Of a stretch of 64,000 nt of DNA, positions 59,189-64,000 are shown one piece after another (the first letter of the stretch is position 1; each line of letters starts with the position of its first letter). The notes below the pieces were generated by a model. It worked only from the letters and a program-made list of their open reading frames with translations. It made no database searches and was not told the origin of the DNA. The stretch comes from Promethearchaeota archaeon (GTDB lineage Archaea; Asgardarchaeota; Lokiarchaeia; Sigyniarchaeales; SOKP01), in NCBI GenBank assembly GCA_048939995.1, contig JBHLOY010000002.1, forward strand, positions 96,001-160,000, read 5' to 3'. The translations under genes and the position numbers were made by a program.

Positions 59189-60529
59189 TCATTTTTTTAA
59201 ATATTTTTCAGTAAAATCATCTAACACACTTTCAATTGTAGGCTCTTTAACTGGTTCTATGTCGTATGAGACTTTTACTATTGGTTTATTGGTTTTAATT
59301 AGTTTTGTTAGATCTATTGGACTTCCATTTAGGATTATATCACATTTAACTTTATTGAGAGTTTTTTCTAAATCATCTATTTGTTGATCTGTGTAACCCA
59401 TTGCCGGCACTACTTCAGTTATTTGAGGAAATTCCTCGAAAACATCCCTTATAGAACCTACCAAATAAGGTCTAGGATCAACAATTTTAGCGTTAGCATT
59501 CATAGCTGCAACATAAGCAGCTCCAATTGACATCCCGCCATGTGTAAGTGTGGGACCGTCCTCTACGATTGCAGCTTTCTTTCCTTTCAATTTTAGAGGA
59601 TCCTCTGCTTTTACAACTGAATTAGTATATACTCTTATGGCGCTTGGATTCAGTTCTTGCAGATTTTTTTCAACAATTTTTACATCTTCTGGTCGAGCAC
59701 TATTCATTTTATTGATAACGAAAACATCAGCATACTTGGCATTAACTTCTCCTGGATGATATTTATTTTCATGACCAGGTCTTAAGGGATCTACAACAAC
59801 AAATAATAAGTCAGTTACATAGAAAGAAATCTCATTATTTCCTCCATCAAATATTATTACATCTGCTTCTTGTTCCGCTTCACGGATAATTTTTTCATAA
59901 TCAACACCCGAATAAATGACTAAACCTTGTCTGATATATGGTTCGTATTCTTCGCGCTCTTCAATTGTACAATCGTACTTATCTAAGTCCTCATACTTTT
60001 CAAATCTCATTACATTTTGTTGGACTAAATCCCCATAAGGCATTGGTTCCCTTATCGCTACGACCTTATAACCTTTTGCTTTAAGATAACGATACACGGC
60101 TCTCGATACTTGACTTTTTCCACAACCTGTTCTAACTGCACATACGGCTATCAAAGGTTTATTAGCTTTTATTTGTGTAAAACGTCCTGAAATTAATCGA
60201 TAATTTGCACCAGCTGCTAGAGCTCTCGAAGCCTTATGCATTACTTCTTCGTGGGAAACATCTGAATAAGCAAAAACAACTTCATCAACCTTATATTTTT
60301 TAATTAGGGTCTCTAAATCTTCTTCAGAGACCATTGGAATTCCATTAGGATACAATTTCCCCGCCAATTGGGAAGGGAATTTTCTTTCTGCCTGATCCGT
60401 TGTTCCGACATTTTGCTCTCCAGCTATAGTAAATGCTATAACATCATACTGTTCGTTGTCTCTAAATATTCGGTTAAATACATGGAAATCCATCCCAAGT
60501 GCGCCTATAATGATAACCTTCTTTTTCAT
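59189..60529 (-). CDS. arcE: Arginine synthetase (ArcE)-like P-loop protein (cDPGS-like family)
   Basis: DFHVFN, AVRTGCGKSQ, PMPYGDL, CTIEEREEYEP, DGGNN, EDGPTLTHGGM, PAMGY; first of a co-oriented gene run ending in argF. Confidence 0.75.
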   Translation of the reverse strand: MKKKVIIIGALGMDFHVFNRIFRDNEQYDVIAFTIAGEQNVGTTDQAERKFPSQLAGKLYPNGIPMVSEEDLETLIKKYKVDEVVFAYSDVSHEEVMHKASRALAAGANYRLISGRFTQIKANKPLIAVCAVRTGCGKSQVSRAVYRYLKAKGYKVVAIREPMPYGDLVQQNVMRFEKYEDLDKYDCTIEEREEYEPYIRQGLVIYSGVDYEKIIREAEQEADVIIFDGGNNEISFYVTDLLFVVVDPLRPGHENKYHPGEVNAKYADVFVINKMNSARPEDVKIVEKNLQELNPSAIRVYTNSVVKAEDPLKLKGKKAAIVEDGPTLTHGGMSIGAAYVAAMNANAKIVDPRPYLVGSIRDVFEEFPQITEVVPAMGYTDQQIDDLEKTLNKVKCDIILNGSPIDLTKLIKTNKPIVKVSYDIEPVKEPTIESVLDDFTEKYLKK

Positions 60530-60714
60530 GTAAAGCGACCCATAAATCTTAATCTTTGATTGATCATCATATTTAATTTGGGACTTGTTATTAAGATTAT
60601 TAATTCAATAAAGGGAATGATAACCCACCTTTAAATAAGAGTAAAAGTAAAACAGAAACACACAATTTTATTTGATTAAAGATAAGATTATTTTTGTAGT
60701 TTAAGAAATAAATT

Positions 60715-61047
60715 CTAATTTTTCAATTTCATGATTTCTGCTTCTTTTTCTTTACTTAGTTCTTTTAGTCTTTGCTTTAATAATTTCTTTTTATTCTTAG
60801 TTAAAATTGAAATCTCTTTTTTAAATATTTTTAATATATATTTCAATTCAGAGATTCTTCCCTTTAAATTTCTTTTTTCTTTTTTAACATTCCCCATATC
60901 TCGATAATCTTTTTCATATTTTGAATAAATATCGTTGAGTACTGAATCAAATTCTATTGAAATTTTTTCTTGAATTTCAGCTTCCTTTAGCTTATATTCT
61001 TTTTCTATTTCATCAATTTTTTTCTTAATTTCAACCTCATTTGTCAT
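60715..61047 (-). CDS. Small K/E-rich coiled-coil protein
   Basis: 110 aa; SD GAGG. Confidence 0.55.
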   Translation of the reverse strand: MTNEVEIKKKIDEIEKEYKLKEAEIQEKISIEFDSVLNDIYSKYEKDYRDMGNVKKEKRNLKGRISELKYILKIFKKEISILTKNKKKLLKQRLKELSKEKEAEIMKLKN

Positions 61048-61212
61048 AATATTTTCCTCAATACATTATAATAAAAGTTTAATGCTTTATTTTTTAAAAA
61101 ATCTTAAATTTTAAATTGGTATAACTTAAAATCCCTGATAATCCAAAAGTTATAAAAATACGATTAAGAATAGATATATTAACAATTTTATAATTAATGA
61201 AGGCTAGAAACA

Positions 61213-62535
61213 ATGAGGCAAAAAAAATTAAAAATACTTATTATTTCTATAATAATCCTTAATTTTATGTTCTTTAGTACTTATTCTATTGCTAATCCCC
61301 CCATGAACAATGTCCTTATCGATGGTATTATTCACGAAAATGAATGGAGCGATGCCGATTGGAAAGTTGTATTTTATTTAGATGTAGATAACACTCCAGA
61401 TTACAGTGGAAAGATAAATGTAGATGGAGAGAATGTATTATATATAGGAGAGGATTTAAATAATCTTTATTTAGCACTTGACCTATGTAGTGATCGGTCT
61501 GATAATGAAACAGGTGAATGGATTGGTGTTTGGTTAAACACTGCCAACAGAACATTTGATAACTGGGTTGATTGGGTTACGTTTTTTGATAATGGAGTAG
61601 AAACAATGATGCATGATGTTGAAGAGAATCAACCTTGGGAATACTATTTAGAAGACATTTTTTTATATACTGAACATATAAATGATGATACCGAAATTAT
61701 ACCAACTTTAGGAAAAGTTGACGGGAGTGCTGACTTTTTACGAGAGTGGTGGACACCAGATTATGTGAACATTACTTCAGAAACAATAGGGGCTAATGAA
61801 ATTTACTGGATAAATTTCTCAGTAGATCTCTCCAAATGGTATGAATTCCAGGATGAAATAAACGCAATCCAGAGATTACAAATAAGAGTGGGAACCGAAC
61901 ATAGTATATTTGTCGATGAGCATAAACTAATTTTATGGAATAGTGATGGTACATTACCAGCATTAAATGATCCTCAACAAGTAATCTCCTTAAATAATCA
62001 AAATTCCTATTTGTTGGAACTTCATGATTATTGCTTAGCTAATTTGACTGTCGATAATAAACTCCAATTCAGCTTATTTGCGAATAATTCTGCTCCCTTT
62101 ACTACTCGATTAGAAAGACTCGACTTTAATGTGTATAGAAATCAGACTAACTGGGCAGGAGATATTTCTGTTCCCCATTCTACTATAAATTCATATCAAC
62201 TGGATTGGAGTTTTGGATCCAGCCCAAATAATGCTACCGATCACAGGATGTTTGAACTTTCTATCCCAAAGTCAGAACTTGAACATTATGACCCAAATAG
62301 AGATTTGGGAATTATAGTTGGAGGTTATGGCACTTTAAGCTATATTAATGGCTCAAATTTCTGGGTAATTTCAACAATTGATTATTGGCAACGTGTAGAA
62401 AATAGTTCATATTACTTATATTATAATATGAAGGGAGTTGAAATCTCGGGAATTATTTCTGGATATCCATTAATCATTTTAATTGGAATTACAATCATAT
62501 GCTCTATAATAATAATAAAGAAGAAATTCAAATAA
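61213..62535 (+). CDS. Secreted surface protein with DOMON/CBM9-like segments and a Loki-CTERM-like anchor
   Basis: Signal peptide; IDGII..EW, LYLAL, FELSIP; C-terminus ISGYPLIILIGITIICSIIIIKKKFK. Confidence 0.75.
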   Translation: MRQKKLKILIISIIILNFMFFSTYSIANPPMNNVLIDGIIHENEWSDADWKVVFYLDVDNTPDYSGKINVDGENVLYIGEDLNNLYLALDLCSDRSDNETGEWIGVWLNTANRTFDNWVDWVTFFDNGVETMMHDVEENQPWEYYLEDIFLYTEHINDDTEIIPTLGKVDGSADFLREWWTPDYVNITSETIGANEIYWINFSVDLSKWYEFQDEINAIQRLQIRVGTEHSIFVDEHKLILWNSDGTLPALNDPQQVISLNNQNSYLLELHDYCLANLTVDNKLQFSLFANNSAPFTTRLERLDFNVYRNQTNWAGDISVPHSTINSYQLDWSFGSSPNNATDHRMFELSIPKSELEHYDPNRDLGIIVGGYGTLSYINGSNFWVISTIDYWQRVENSSYYLYYNMKGVEISGIISGYPLIILIGITIICSIIIIKKKFK

Positions 62536-62622
62536 TTTATTTTAATTTTTTTTCATTTTTTACATTTATTACCAATTACGATATAGTGGAAGGTAGTTAA
62601 AGAACGTGAATATCGAAATAAT

Positions 62623-62925
62623 TTAACTCCTTTTTTTCTTTTTTTTTTTTTTCTTCTTTCTTTTTTTTTCTGGTTCAGGCGTAACATCTACATCTACTTC
62701 AGCAACAATAAAGGCTAAGTATATAGGCGTTGAATGAGGATAACGTTGGTCATTAAAAATATTAAACTTAATATCTTTAATTTTATAATACTTATTACTT
62801 TCATGTAAAATTACAAGATTTCTATTTACCTTATTTGTAAAATCCGAAGGATCATCAAAACTTCCCCCTACCACATATACTTGATCAATTCTTACAATTT
62901 TTTTCTCTACTGGACTTTCTTCCAT
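62623..62925 (-). CDS. Small hypothetical protein with a poly-Lys tail
   Basis: 100 aa ending PEPEKKRKKKKKKKKKRS. Confidence 0.55.
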   Translation of the reverse strand: MEESPVEKKIVRIDQVYVVGGSFDDPSDFTNKVNRNLVILHESNKYYKIKDIKFNIFNDQRYPHSTPIYLAFIVAEVDVDVTPEPEKKRKKKKKKKKKRS

Positions 62926-63041
62926 AATTCATATCAGAAAATTAAAAAAAAGATAAATAATTTATGTTTGAATTAAAAAGATTTAGTTTTGTTTTGTTAG
63001 TCGATAAGATATTTATATAATTTCCAATGAAAAATGATTTA

Positions 63042-63992
63042 TTAATCTTGTTTGTAATAAAATGAATTATTATCTGCGTTTAATATGCATTGTTCTAATA
63101 ATTTAAGTATTTCATCTCTATTTTGGAGAGAATTATAATATGGGTGTGCAAACAATCCTTTTCGGGTGATTCCAAATTTGACCATCAAATAGAAATCTTT
63201 GAAAAACCGTTCTACATGGAAGTAACCATTCAACTTATCTGGCTCTTTTGCAAAATTCCAAAATCGCTTTCCCTGGAAAGGAGCAAATAATGAAGATAAC
63301 CAGTGGTTAATTTCGTATGTATCAAGTTTATTTCGTAATAATGCTGTATAAACTGCTAAGGCTATTCTTAACTCTTCCTTCCCATTGAATGCTCTGAGTG
63401 AGGGTGAAGCTAATTTCTGTTTAAAAAGTTGAAGTATTTGGAGAATTTCCTCTTTTTGAATTAAACGATGTCTCGCGAAATTCCTAAACAAATCTGCACC
63501 ATGGGCAATCGAATGTGCCCAACCTTTCCCAATTACATAAGATCTATAGTCTCTTTCTTGCTGATAATATTCCACTGCTGAAATGAACCATCTTTTTACA
63601 ATTTCTGGGGTTAAGAATGCATTTCTCCCTTCTATTTCTCCTTTTTCACAATTTTCATCAAAAAGCAATATTCCAGCCACTTCTAATGCCGTAAATGCCC
63701 GTAAAAACACAAAATCGGATATTTCTTGATCTAATCCTGCGTGTGTCAGGGATATAAGTTGATCTCCTAACAAAATAAGAGTTGCATCATCATATTCTCC
63801 ATTCATTATCCACGCATACAAAATTTCCAAGCAACCTTCTCGAACATCGGAATCAATGGCGCCTAATTTTTCAATCAACATAGGAGTTATCTCCATTAGA
63901 GAAGATTCTGAAGGGATCTGAAAATTATTATCCATAATAGATCTGATTTGCTCTATGGTTAATTCCATTTTATCTTGCTCCATTTTATTCAA
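63042..63992 (-). CDS. DUF2785-like helical protein
   Basis: VFLRAFTAL, ERDYRSY..KGWAHSIAHGADL. Confidence 0.8.
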   Translation of the reverse strand: MNKMEQDKMELTIEQIRSIMDNNFQIPSESSLMEITPMLIEKLGAIDSDVREGCLEILYAWIMNGEYDDATLILLGDQLISLTHAGLDQEISDFVFLRAFTALEVAGILLFDENCEKGEIEGRNAFLTPEIVKRWFISAVEYYQQERDYRSYVIGKGWAHSIAHGADLFRNFARHRLIQKEEILQILQLFKQKLASPSLRAFNGKEELRIALAVYTALLRNKLDTYEINHWLSSLFAPFQGKRFWNFAKEPDKLNGYFHVERFFKDFYLMVKFGITRKGLFAHPYYNSLQNRDEILKLLEQCILNADNNSFYYKQD

Positions 63993-64000
63993 AATTAAAA

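Noticed and set aside
59189-60529. Cyclic 2,3-diphosphoglycerate synthetase
   Set aside because: Linkage with argF/arcC and the DFH..N/TIEEREEYE motifs indicate the ArcE-like branch; no 2-phosphoglycerate kinase is adjacent.
3260-61555. Short antisense or overlapping ORFs in the track (e.g. 3260, 6380, 6643, 7841, 12349, 13587, 17304, 21153, 23906, 26627, 30095, 33676, 39208, 40407, 44976, 54863, 59550, 61328)
   Set aside because: They are shadows of well-supported genes on the other strand and have no recognisable motifs.
1-64000. CRISPR array, tRNA/rRNA genes, IS elements
   Set aside because: No regularly spaced repeats, GC-rich structured RNA segments, transposase ORFs or terminal inverted repeats seen by eye.

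Overview
AT-rich (roughly 30% GC by eye) archaeal chromosome segment, very likely Lokiarchaeia (Asgard). Supporting signs are a Rab-like GTPase, a Loki-CTERM-like protein, a TFB paralog and a UGA-recoded peroxiredoxin-like gene with a eukaryote-like 3'-UTR SECIS candidate. Three blocks are visible. (1) 8.7-21.8 kb: a lysine-fermentation cluster (kat-like, kce, kdd, kamA, kamB-like, kamD, kamE, plus ggt). (2) 29.4-31.7 kb and 52.6-60.5 kb: arginine/ornithine/proline catabolism (rocD, arcC, argF, an ArcE-like arginine synthetase, a W-AOR and a proline/sarcosine-dehydrogenase-like pair). (3) Between them, about 32-50.5 kb: a block of mostly uncharacterised genes built around a divergent TFB whose BRE-reading helix is altered. 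Nearly every transcription unit in this block carries the same non-canonical pyrimidine-rich element just upstream of TATA (AAWTTTTYCYTTWWAWA). Most flanking metabolic genes instead have purine-rich BREs. This is the best candidate for an undescribed system: an alternative-TFB ('sigma-like') regulon with membrane, DNA-processing and zinc-finger genes, partly decaying. Several genes appear to start at ATA/ATC codons. No tRNA, rRNA, CRISPR array, integrase or transposase was recognised. All family calls come from recalled motifs, not from database searches.
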